From NCBI RefSeq assembly GCF_001194135.2, contig NC_068997.1:3642171-3676804 (forward strand): a stretch of DNA of 34,634 nucleotides, written 5' to 3'. A program made the translations under genes and the position numbers. The notes beneath the pieces were generated by a model. It searched no databases. It had not been told where the DNA came from and saw nothing but the letters and a program-made list of their open reading frames with translations. The first letter of the stretch is position 1. Every line of letters starts with the position of its first letter. Shown here piece by piece: positions 23,469 through 34,634 of the stretch. Source of the DNA: Octopus bimaculoides (Eukaryota).

Positions 23469-24832
23469 AATATATGTATATATATATGTATATATATATA
23501 GGTGAGAATAAATTTCGAATATGTACATAGGCAACGACATGCGATACAAAACAGAAAGAAGTTAAAAACAACATGCTGGATTATCTAGAAAAATTCTAAA
23601 ATATGGCGTTTTATTGTTTAAATATACAATAAAGTCAATTTAATTAGTCTAAATAATCTCAGGCTGCCTTATTGACTCATAAAGTTCCATTTACGCTACA
23701 CCTGTGAAATCTCAGAATGTCCGCAGAACATTTTATGGTGTATTGTGTCTATAAAACATACTATAAAACAGCAATTAACTCAGATTAATTAATCTTAAAT
23801 GTCGTTAATGTTAAATGCTGGTTTATTTGTAATTTGGGTGAATGTAGCATATCGTTTGTATCATATTGTTAATTTTACCAGAGGCCGTTGTTTACGTATA
23901 TTTTCGACAACTCTACTATGCTATATGCATGTATATATGTATATACAGGATGTCCATATATTATCATTAAAATATGAAACTTCAAACAAAGAAGAAAATT
24001 AAGGGTTTATTTGGAAAGCAAAAGCAAGCAAATAAATGCTTTAATCATATTTACTTTACATGCAAAGATATAGATTGATATATCTCAACTTTAATGGATA
24101 CAAGAAAATGTGGAAGTTGTAAAGCTAATTTATGAACATCCTTTATATATACATACTTAAATACTTAAATAAGTATCGGTTAGATTTGGCCCAGGCCACG
24201 ACTAACTTAATAGCACATTGTGGAAATGACTTTTAATGATGTTTCATATTACAATCACTCTTTAGGCACCATAGCTCAATTCGGGTAAAGCGTTATTCTT
24301 TGCACAAATATATTCAGTTGTACGTGGTTTATCTGTAATTTGTTGGAAGTATCTATTCATCCAGGAACTGTTTGAATGTTATGATATCTTTATTTCCCTT
24401 TATGTGTCTTGGCATGATACTAACGAGAACACGATCAGCTGAGGTGAAACACTTCTTTCTTAGTGTTGTGATGTGATGTGAGCATGATTTTTGCAGAGGA
24501 AGGATGGCACGGGTTGCAAGCCTTGGGTGTATTTTAAATTTCATGGCATCAACATTTGAAAAATACTCTTAGGATATCTTCTACAAATATATACAAATGA
24601 CATAGCACTCTCAGCAGTGTTGGAAGGAAAAAGACTTCAGCTTCTCGAGTCGACCCCAGTAGACGAGATCTGCCATGACGTCTATTTTGTTTGTGATCTT
24701 TTGGGTACTTCAATTGTTATTTTTTGTTTTATGTAGGGACACAGCGGGCACAGTATTAATATGTATGTGTATGTGTGTGTATGTGAGTGTGTGTGCAGGT
24801 GTGTGTGTGGTGTGTACGCATGTATGTTATTA

Positions 24833-24867
<35 letters not shown>

Positions 24868-25735
24868 NNNNNNNNNNNNNNNNNNNNNNNNNNNNNNNNN
24901 NNNNNNNNNNNNNNNNNNNNNNNNNNNNNNNNNNNNNNNNNNNNNNNNNNNNNNNNNNNNNNNNNNNNNNNNNNNNNNNNNNNNNNNNNNNNNNNNNNNN
25001 NNNNNNNNNNNNNNNNNNNNNNNNNNNNNNNNNNNNNNNNNNNNNNNNNNNNNNNNNNNNNNNNNNNNNNNNNNNNNNNNNNNNNNNNNNNNNNNNNNNN
25101 NNNNNNNNNNNNNNNNNNNNNNNNNNNNNNNNNNNNNNNNNNNNNNNNNNNNNNNNNNNNNNNNNNNNNNNNNNNNNNNNNNNNNNNNNNNNNNNNNNNN
25201 NNNNNNNNNNNNNNNNNNNNNNNNNNNNNNNNNNNNNNNNNNNNNNNNNNNNNNNNNNNNNNNNNNNNNNNNNNNNNNNNNNNNNNNNNNNNNNNNNNNN
25301 NNNNNNNNNNNNNNNNNNNNNNNNNNNNNNNNNNNNNNNNNNNNNNNNNNNNNNNNNNNNNNNNNNNNNNNNNNNNNNNNNNNNNNNNNNNNNNNNNNNN
25401 NATATATATATATATATATACTATGTATAAGTATGTATGTTTACATACATACTTATGAATATGTGTACGTGTAAAGGTAAGATCCAAGGATCAAGGTGTA
25501 ATAAGTTAGTGAGTTTCAAGTAATCTGCAGAAGATAGAAGAAAAGAACAACTTTCAGGAACAATTGTGGTTTATTGATGCAGAAGGTTTCCTATATCGAA
25601 GTACGATAAGCTGAAAAAAAGGTACTTTTGTAGTTCACGGTTAGCAACAGAGGATGTTGTATATTCAAATAAGGAATGGAGCGGACAAATTCTAGGCTAC
25701 ATACATTTCATAGTTAGCGGAACCTCGGTGATAGT

Positions 25736-26185
25736 AAATTTCAGATAAACTCTTCTTTAGTAACCTCACTTTTCCGCCAAAGAAATAACAGATTAAAACG
25801 AAAATAACAAAAATTCTTTGCTTGAATGGACAAAAGTCCATTAATTATCCTGCCCAGTGTCCATTGACTAGTAAGGAGCTAGTGAGTCACAGGATACTGA
25901 AAACAATCATAAAAATTTTTGACGATTTGAATAAAAGAAGTTTGAAATCTAGATAAAATAAGTGGTAATAAATTCCAGCTGTCATCTTCATAGATCTTAT
26001 AGATCCCGTGTTCGAATCGCCGATTTAACACGGGGTCGCCTAACAACAATGTAAGCTTCATATAAATCAAGGTAACCTTGGCTTGAAGAGTAGACACCTC
26101 TCGTTTGAATATTTTACTGCTTCTGACGTTCTGCTTATTAAGAAACATATGTAACCTAGATTTTATCTACTGTATTCCCTAATTT

Positions 26186-26227
<42 letters not shown>

Positions 26228-26271
26228 CAAACGCACATGCACGCACACACGCGCGTACACATACACATACA

Positions 26272-26311
<40 letters not shown>

Positions 26312-26746
26312 CGCACATGCGCGCAGGCGTCACATACACATATGTATGTATATATGTATGTATATATTTCCATACATATTTTCCAAAAATGCTACCATGT
26401 CTCTTCAATGCAATGCAAGTAAAAATATAAATAAAAGCCTAGAAACTCGATTGTTTTAAAGTCTGTTGTTAACATGCCGTTTAGTCTTTGAAGATGACAG
26501 CTGGAATTTATTACCACTTATTTTATCTAGATTTCAAAAACTGCTTTTATTTCAAATGGTCAAAAATCTTGAGAATTGTTTTCAGTATCTTGTGATTCTC
26601 TAGCTCCATACTAGTCAATGGACACTGGGTAGGATAATTAATGGACTTTTGTCCATTCAAGCCAGGAATTGTTGCTATTTTCGTTTTAATCTGTTATTTC
26701 TTTGGCTGAAAAGTGAGGTAACTTAAGAAGAGTTTATCTCAAATTT
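25736..26746. repeat. Long inverted repeat, ~258-bp arms and ~490-bp spacer
   Basis: 25736-25993 is the RC of 26485-26746 with scattered mismatches; the spacer contains TA/CA microsatellites. Confidence 0.9.
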
Positions 26747-28181
26747 CGGTGAGTTATTTATAACATTTTGGCATTTACTTTGACCCTTTCATTTCGGTAT
26801 TTCTGTTGAAACACACAGATTTTGTCGTAATTAATTCTGAAAATATAGAAGAATATATTACAAGAGCTATATGAATATTAGGCGGGTGGTTGAAAAAAAA
26901 AAGTTAAAAGGCAATGTTGATGAATAGTTTTAGCTTAGGGAACGTCACATAAGAAGTTAGCATTACGGAGTTAGGCTGGATTAGTATCAAAAGGGCAAAA
27001 AGAAGTTGAAGTGTGAAGAGAAAATTGCTCTGGTGGTTAATTTCATGTGTGTGTATATATATATATATATATTTCGTTTTGGGATTTGGTTTGCAAGGTT
27101 TTTTAATGTGATTTCGTGTGTTGAAGCATATTCTGTTGTGTCTGGGGAGAGTCATTTTCTTTTCGTGCCTTAAAATTTAACACACTCACCGTTAAAATTT
27201 CCACTTATTTTTATTTTCCTAAAATTTTCGTTCCGTCTTGCAATCTTTTCAATNNNNNNNNNNNNNNNNNNNNNNNNNNNNNNNNNNNNNNNNNNNNNNN
27301 NNNNNNNNNNNNNNNNNNNNNNNNNNNNNNNNNNNNNNNNNNNNNNNNNNNNNNNNNNNNNNNNNNNNNNNNNNNNNNNNNNNNNNNNNNNNNNNNNNNN
27401 NNNNNNNNNNNNNNNNNNNNNNNNNNNNNNNNNNNNNNNNNNNNNNNNNNNNNNNNNNNNNNNNNNNNNNNNNNNNNNNNNNNNNNNNNNNNNNNNNNNN
27501 NNNNNNNNNNNNNNNNNNNNNNNNNNNNNNNNNNNNNNNNNNNNNNNNNNNNNNNNNTATATATTTACGACTCTACTTATTTCTGTGTCTCTGTACCTTT
27601 TTCCCCCTCTCGTTCTTCCTTCTGTCACTACTATATCTCTCTCTTCCTCTCTTTCTCTCGTTGCTCACCTATTTTCTACTTCCACCCCTTTTTTCTCCCT
27701 CTACCACCCTTTCTCCTTACCCCTCGCTGGTCACATGTGTCCAGCTACTTATTATTTTCTTCCTTAGCTATCGACAAGCAAACATAGTACTACTTCGTCC
27801 CGTTTCTTTCCAGTTCGTTGTTTCACAGCATTCAATATACACATAATTTTTCACGTCTGGCCGTATAGCCTTTTCCGTTTGTTTTCCTGTCTTGTTTTCT
27901 GTCCGCCACTACATTCCTGCATGGTACAAATTTAATCTGTGGTCCGTGGGAAGAGCCACTTTAACGAAGCCTCCTGCCCTAACTCTTTGAAACGCCTGTG
28001 TTAGAATGGTTTGCAACGTCCTGTACCCAGATATGCACCTATATATGCAGGTAGATGTAGGTATGTACATAGTTGTACGTATATATGCATATACTCATTT
28101 ATTATTTGTTATATATATATATATATACATATATACATATATATTTGTTTATATTTATATATATGTAGATATGTATGTATA

Positions 28182-28283
28182 TGTGGCTGTGTGGTAGGTA
28201 GCTTGCTTACCAAGCACATGGTTTCGGCCGGTTCATGCCCGCTGCGTGGCACCTTGGGCAAATATCTTCTACTACAGCCTCTG
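28182..28283 (+). mobile_element. SINE 5' half, truncated at the inverted LINE
   Basis: tgtggctgtgtggtaggtagcttgctt...ggttcatgcccgctgcgtggcaccttgggcaaatatcttctactacagcctc. Confidence 0.8.
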
Positions 28284-28940
28284 CCGACTTGTTTACATTT
28301 TAGGTAGAGGAGGTCTATATCATTGTTTATGTGAAAACTATGCGTGCTTGTTTGTATTTTTCGGGTTTTCTCATCAATGGCTCGGATCTCATCAATGGCT
28401 CGGATCTCATCAATGGCTCGGATCTCATCAAGCGTCCAATCAAGCAACTTAAATGTTGTTATGAGTACTGGCACTGCAAACACACTGTGGCGCGCTGTTT
28501 CATTGAATACAGAGAGTTCTGAGGTCCAAATTTTCTTTATTCGGCTGTAATATTCTTTAGTGACACATCTTTTGTTACAGGTGCCACTGTAAGATATGTT
28601 TTTATCCACCCCTAGATACATGTTACATTTCTCATCAGATACAGGAGAAATAGCTAAATCATTGACGGAGATGCTATTAGTCTTGTTTATAGTTTCCCAC
28701 CTTTTCACAACCATATAACATTTATCCTGACAAAACTCCAAACCAGCATCCTGTAAGAATGTTGTAACTATGTCAAGGCTCTTTTTCATCTCATGCATAT
28801 TCTTTGCATAAAGTTTTTAAGTTATCCACAAAGAAACAGTGTTTAATTTTGGTATTTCTGTTTCCTTGTGATCCAGTGCGATACCCTTCAGACTTCCTTA
28901 ACATGAATGACAAGGGGTTTACAGAAAGTATAAACATCTT
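28276..28940 (-). mobile_element. R4/Dong-like LINE RT segment (inverted part)
   Basis: MFILSVNPLSFMLRK..GY...HCFFVDNLK (YMDD equivalent)...YLG...KEYYSRIKKIWTSELS...FAVPVL...LDWT...DIDLLYL...GRG. Confidence 0.85.
28370..28431. repeat. 18-bp tandem triplication (ctcatcaatggctcggat)x3.4
   Basis: Three exact copies plus a partial; encodes DEIRAI x3 in the LINE frame. Confidence 0.95.
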
Positions 28941-29350
28941 AACCCTTCGGCAGCATCTTTTAACCACCAAGCGTCGAAGTGCATCCCTTGACTACGTTTG
29001 CATACATGAAACTGATGACATCGTAAGACATGGAAGACAGCTCCTTGAGTAACACTCCTTGTCTGATAACGTAGAATACATTCCCAAAGAAGCTGCACGA
29101 CTCTACCGCAACATATCATCGCATGAAAGGATGAGACTATATGAGCAGAGGACTATGCATGGAAATGTTAGTAGAGAGCTCCTTGATGATAGTAACATCG
29201 ATCATCAAAGCAGTTCATCATGGCCAAATAGCCGGATTATTACCTCTCACTTTGAAGGGTATGCGTTTGCAATCCAAGAGGAGGATATATCAACCAAGTA
29301 CCTGATGCACACAAAAAATAGAGACTCAGGAAAAGCTGCAAAATGTGACA
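28941..29350 (+). mobile_element. R4/Dong-like LINE segment downstream of RT (sense part)
   Basis: TLRQHL...MHGNVSRELLD...SSSWPNS..ITSHFEGYAFAIQEEDISTKYL...KCDN, stopping just before the CCHC knuckle. Confidence 0.8.
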
Positions 29351-29732
29351 ATTTCGAATTTTCGGCTTGCGTTTTCGGCTGATAAAGTTGAGTAGACCGA
29401 AATTTTGAAGTCACTGTCAACTTGTTCCTCGTAAAACTTCAATAAACAATTACTCTACTAAAATGTATTGAGCAATCCTTCAGTTTAAGCTTGACATAAA
29501 AACAAACATCAATATATATCAATGTGTGAGTGTGTGTGTATATGTTTATATGTATGTGTATATATATATATATATGTGTGTGTTTTGCAAACAATTGAAC
29601 ATGCAAGTGCTACCAGTCGAAAGCTCCACATACCGGAAACCAGTAAGTGTATGAGGTTATCAGGGGAAAATGAGCGCCGTCTCGGGGCCTACCTCTCGAC
29701 GGCATCATTGCGTACCGGCCCGCGAAATTTTG

Positions 29733-30259
29733 TTTTCCCACAAAAGCTCCGGACCCCAGTAATGAACTCATTTACATACAGCCAATCAGAGCTCACCTTG
29801 ACCTTGTTGTAAGTTAACAGAAACACTGTACCGATCATTTGTAAATCAAAACACTTGTAAATCAAAACACTTGTAAATCGACCGATCGCCAAATTATGCC
29901 TGATTTTAGAAGGAGAAAAGTAATTAGGTAGATTTGTATCTATACCTATTATCAGATTTTATTGGGGCCCCATATGGTAAAGATGTGGATGTGAAAAATG
30001 TGGGTAGTGGGAGATGTGCTAGCAACTCTCTCTCCTTACAGTTTTAGGAAGTAAGCAACAGGGCAGCCATGGTTGAAACAACTACAAGATCAAGGAGCAT
30101 TATTAAAAGTGTAAAGAAAGTTGGTCATTCCCTACCCAAATGAATTTATCTTATCGCCCATCACTTGTTATGCCCTCATGAATTAGTTTTAATAGTTGAG
30201 CTCCGATTGGCTGTATGCAAATGAGGTCATAACTGGGATCCGGAACTGTCGTGGGAAAA
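29733..30259. repeat. 63-bp inverted repeat pair
   Basis: 29733-29795 matches the RC of 30197-30259 at 55/63. Confidence 0.85.
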
Positions 30260-30262
30260 AAA

Positions 30263-30325
<63 letters not shown>

Positions 30326-31035
30326 GTGTGTATCGTGAAGTATGTCTTCATCGTATCTTTGCAATACATTTGACTTTGAAGATTGAGTCACCCTATCAAT
30401 AAATGTTGCATTGTACGTTTTAAATATCATTAATTTAACATTTACACACGCTCTCGCAAACAAACAGAGAAACACTCACACAATCACACACACACACACA
30501 TTGACACAAGCTCGGAAACACTTTATTGCAACCTTTGATTTATTTCTTTAACAACAGGAGCTGTGCAGTTTCGGTTGCAAGTAACGACACATCCATCTCC
30601 AAGAGTACCTGTTCAAGTAACTATAGTAATAAACACCTGCCCCTGAAGTACAAACGGAACTGGCAGAAAATCAATAACGACAGCATCAGACGTGTCAGCC
30701 AAGAAATCTTCTCTTCCGAAGGCGATTATATTTTTATTCCACGCAAACCAAGTAAGATATTAAAATCATTCTTCTTCCTGTACCTTTTTTTTTACTGATG
30801 TGTATTTTTCTGGGCTTTCTTCGTCTTCATTTTACCATTCTTTTCGTAATTCTATGGTACAATGCGACCACGTGGTTTCGTTTACTTTTTCATAAACACA
30901 CACTTTACAGGAAGTACAGAATTAATGTGGATGTAGTAAGCAATCATGTATATGTATATGAGCATGTGTGTGTGCGTGCGCGTGTGTGTCTGCGTGCGTG
31001 TGTCTATACACTCATGCCTACATATGTGTGCATAT

Positions 31036-31089
<54 letters not shown>

Positions 31090-31129
31090 GTGTGTATATA
31101 TATGTGTGTATGTGTGTGTGTCCGTGCTC

Positions 31130-31288
31130 TCTCCGTCTTTTCGTTCATAAAAGATCGATAGAATAAGGACTAGGCCTCTGAAAAATCTCCTGGTTCGATG
31201 TCTTTGACTAAGACCCATTCAAGGCGGAGCAGTGCCCCAGTATGGCCACAGTCAAATGGCTGAAACGAGTAAAAGATGAAAGATAAAA
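31130..31288 (+). mobile_element. SINE tail
   Basis: gatagaataaggactaggc...aaggcggagcagtgccccagtatggccacagtcaaatggctgaaacgagtaaaagat. Confidence 0.7.
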
Positions 31289-31344
31289 GACACAATCTCA
31301 TTGAACATCTAATATTTGATTTTCGTTTCTTTTTCAGAACGAAC

Positions 31345-31580
31345 AAATCATCAGCCAGACCAAACACCGAACATTTCTTGGGACTATACTTTCTGAATTT
31401 CATGTATTTGGTAAAAGAAAATTTACTGCTTCCATGTATATTCCATCAAAAGCCATTTGCCACTTCGCTTTGAGTTCCGCGATTGGGTTATTGATAATTG
31501 GTTCACATGCCAAAAAACCCTTGTCTCAAGTGAAATATGCAAAAGCTTTTCATTGTCTTCCAAAGACTGAGCTGATCCTG
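31345..31580 (-). mobile_element. Possible Penelope (Neptune-like) N-terminal ORF remnant
   Basis: Minus-strand frames KSFCIFHLRQGFFG and EPIINNPIAELKAKWQMAFDGIYMEAVNFLL resemble PLE N-termini; frameshifted. Confidence 0.35.
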
Positions 31581-32043
31581 GCGGAGCTGCTCGTTGCTTC
31601 CGGTCGAGGGATAACTTGTAGTCGCATCCGGCCCAACACTGGAACTCGTCGTTCCTTCCAGTCTGTAATTGCTCGTTACTTCGAGTCCAGAAAAAGCTGG
31701 TAGTTGCTTCCGATTCAATGTTTGGGCTCGAGATTATTTGCGGTCCAGGAATAGAGCCCCTCGTTGCTTCCGGGTCAAGATGAGAACCGAGTAAAAGGTT
31801 ACTTATTGAAAATAAATGAAAAAGACTGAAGATAAGAAAATAAAGTATGAAAAGCAGAGAGAAAAGGAAATAAAATACTTTGAAGAAATTTGTTTTATCC
31901 ATTCATTTAAACAAATTCTACAGTGAAGTCGACGCTCGGTTAAAGAAACAGACAGGAAAATGACAACTTAAAGAAATTTCTAGAAGTCTAATTTGGAAAA
32001 TTCCGTATTAAACAGCGGTTAACAATGAATTGACTGCCATTAA

Positions 32044-32248
32044 GACGATGAGCTGGAAGAATCGTTACCAAATCGCACAAACTATTTCGTCTGTCTTTGT
32101 GTTCTGAGTTCTAATTCCTCCGAGATCGACTTCACCTTTTATCCTTTAAAGCTTGATGAAATAAGTACCAGTCGAGCAGTCGGGTCGACGTTATCGACCA
32201 GCCCCTCACACAAAATTGCAGGTCTTGCACCTATAATAGAAAGGACTA
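32044..32248 (+). mobile_element. tRNA-derived SINE
   Basis: gagctggaagaatcgtta head, gagttctaattcc B box, gatgaaataagtaccagtcgagc..gggtcgac core. Confidence 0.8.
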
Positions 32249-33615
32249 TCGTTGTTGTCATTTATTTGCACTGTCATGTCTGTGACAAATTTTGAAATCT
32301 TTGTTTACTTTGGAATTATTTTCCCGCATTAAACAGGAAAACAAGAACCGTATCTCAGTTCTTTACAGATTTTCAGATAGTTGAAATGAAACTTCGTAGA
32401 ATGAAAACAGAGTTTTATTCTAAAGAATATGGTGCGTAAATGAGAAATAAGAACTATTAATCACTCCAATCAATTAATACAGATCGAGTTGGAGAGGAAA
32501 TATTTTCCGCCCTGCTAACCAGACTACATATACCTTGATATGGAGTTAAAGACTAAACTGTCTTCTCTAATGAGTAACCCAAACTGCTGTTTCACCTTAC
32601 AGAATCTCCAATGAGTATGGAACAAAGATCCGTGCTAATACTGAAACATCATCTGCAGGCCTACAATAGGAAAGCGATGAATGACTGGATGGCCATTGGA
32701 CAAGCATCCTGGAAATCAGTGGTTTCCTTTCTGGTCACGGGCACTGTACTGTGCCTATAACCGAGGTACTCAACATTGACCGGCTAAATACTCCTAACTA
32801 AATGTACGTAACAGCAAATGGAATGGTACATTGTTTCAAGCTGGATCAAACACTCTACATTATTGACAATTGCTTCTCAAATTAACGATGCTGAGTTCAC
32901 TTCGCCATAGAAGCCAAACAACCGAGAATTACCACGAAATAAATGGTGCACCAAACTTTTGAACTTCTCAATAAACTTCTGAATTCACGCTGTGAAAAAT
33001 GTTTTCGTTCTTCGTCCAGATTTGATTAGATTATAAGAGAAAAATCGTCTACTATTGTAAAACCAAATCATCGTGCACGTAACGCTCTAAATGTTTACAA
33101 TATAACGGCATGTATTCTTTACCAGTACTGAAAGTATTGTCTATATTAAGAACTCTGTTATATCTTTGATTTTATGTGTATAATTAGTGTTTATATATGT
33201 AATGAATATTATAACGTTCTGAGGTCGGCCAATTCTATGCTGTAACAACTAAAGTGACCAGACAAAATAACTACATTTTCTGTATGTCTGTACCTTTACT
33301 ACGAAACTGCTATAGAGTGGCCCATCTTGAAACTTTAAAGATTATAAGCACTTTAAAAAAATTATAACAAAGAAAAAACTTACTTAGATTTGACTTTTGC
33401 TATTACACATCATCTTTGTTACTTCCTTTGAATACCTGATCACAATATAACGGACAGGAATAAGTAACAGAAACTGTAATGATCATGAAGAACAATGCTA
33501 TAACAACTGATAGTTAGCATGATTTACCAAAACCTAAATGGATCATCTAAAGAATGTCACACAGGAGCAGAAAAAAAATTGGTAAATATAACATTTTAAT
33601 ATTATGTAGCTTTCT

Positions 33616-33806
33616 AAGGTGGCGAGCTGGCAGAATCGTTAGCAATCCGAGCAGAACGCTAGGCAGCATTTCATCCGTCTTTGCGTTTGAGCTCAAATCC
33701 CGTCGGGGTCGATAAAATAAGTACCAATCGAGCCCTAGGGTCGATGTAATCGACTTAGCCCCTTCCCTGTATCTGCTGCACTTGTGTCAAAATTTGAAAC
33801 CAATGT
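33616..33806 (+). mobile_element. tRNA-derived SINE
   Basis: aaggtggcgagctggcagaatcgttagc...ggggtcgataaaataagtacc...gggtcgatgtaatcgactta...aaatttgaaaccaat. Confidence 0.85.
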
Positions 33807-34272
33807 TAAGTAACTTTCCAGAGAAAGTTGGTTTGCAGAGGTAATGGAACACAGAATAACATATCTAGTAGTACTGTTTTAAAGGGTAGATAAAGGTGGA
33901 GGTTGGTAGCGCTTATGATACCTTTTCATTGAAACACTGACACAAATGGATGTGTGGGCAACGGAAGAAAGAACTGTAACCTGTAGATTACCCTCAGGCA
34001 AGAGACAGAACTTTCATATTTACAGCATAGTAAACTCTGCTGAAGATATTCAAAACTTACTGGGTGTGAAAGTTGAACAAAGGGTGAGGGAAAGAACTAG
34101 TGTATAGGAACGTTTAACCTGAAGATCACAATGGCGGAGAAAATGTCCATATATATAATTAATAATTAATAAATATCAGGGTAAGAAAAAATTTTAGAAA
34201 TTTTTACTACCAGTCGCCTAGCATGTAGAAAACTAGCCAATAGATTATATATTATTCATATAAATACAGTGT

Positions 34273-34634
34273 ACATTTAAATACATAAGTGGTGACCATC
34301 ATAGGACACCTAGCACACTAGAAGGAGTAGCCTAAATCCAAACCACTATTAGGGATAAATCTCGAAGGGAATGAAAAATAAAAACATTTACCATCTATCT
34401 GTTGGACCATGGTTTCTAGCTCTATATTAGCAAATAAAATAATTTTTATTTGCTAATAAATAAATAAATTTTATTTTCTAATATAGAGCTAGAAACCATG
34501 GTCCAGGAGATAGATGGTAAATGTTTTTATTTTTCATTCCCTTCGAAATTTATCCCTAATAGTGGTTTGGATTTTGACTATTCCTTCTAGCGTACTAAGT
34601 ATCCTATGATGGACACCTTAAGTGTTTAAATGTT
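34273..34634. repeat. Foldback palindrome with ~168-bp arms, running to the window edge
   Basis: 34273-34441 is the RC of 34468-34634; the short AT-rich centre holds a nested hairpin (attagcaaataaaa...ttttatttgctaat). Confidence 0.92.

Overview
AT-rich, microsatellite-dense eukaryotic genomic DNA with 7 scaffold gaps. The SINE sequences and repeat landscape look like an Octopus (cephalopod) genome; this is inferred from recognition, not a database search. Nearly all ORFs in the supplied track are artefacts of microsatellites or N-gaps. The main real content, mostly missed by the ORF track, is a + strand multi-exon gene. Eight exons (5091-21124) have canonical AG/GT sites and fully compatible intron phases, giving 997 nt (~332 aa) of a type I membrane glycoprotein. 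Its order is: 4-Cys module, Ser/Thr mucin stalk containing a (TCA)25 poly-Ser, divergent SEA-like domain, second 4-Cys module, short linker, TM helix, Tyr/Arg-rich cytoplasmic start. The gene shows an internal duplication (Cys exon + NTTE linker exon). Its 5' exons and cytoplasmic exons could not be fixed. The introns and flanks hold decayed TEs (Chapaev3-type transposase, Penelope RT, R4/Dong-like RLE LINEs including one with twin-priming-like inversion geometry, RTE remnants, a mariner MITE, many tRNA-derived SINEs) and five substantial inverted-repeat/foldback structures.
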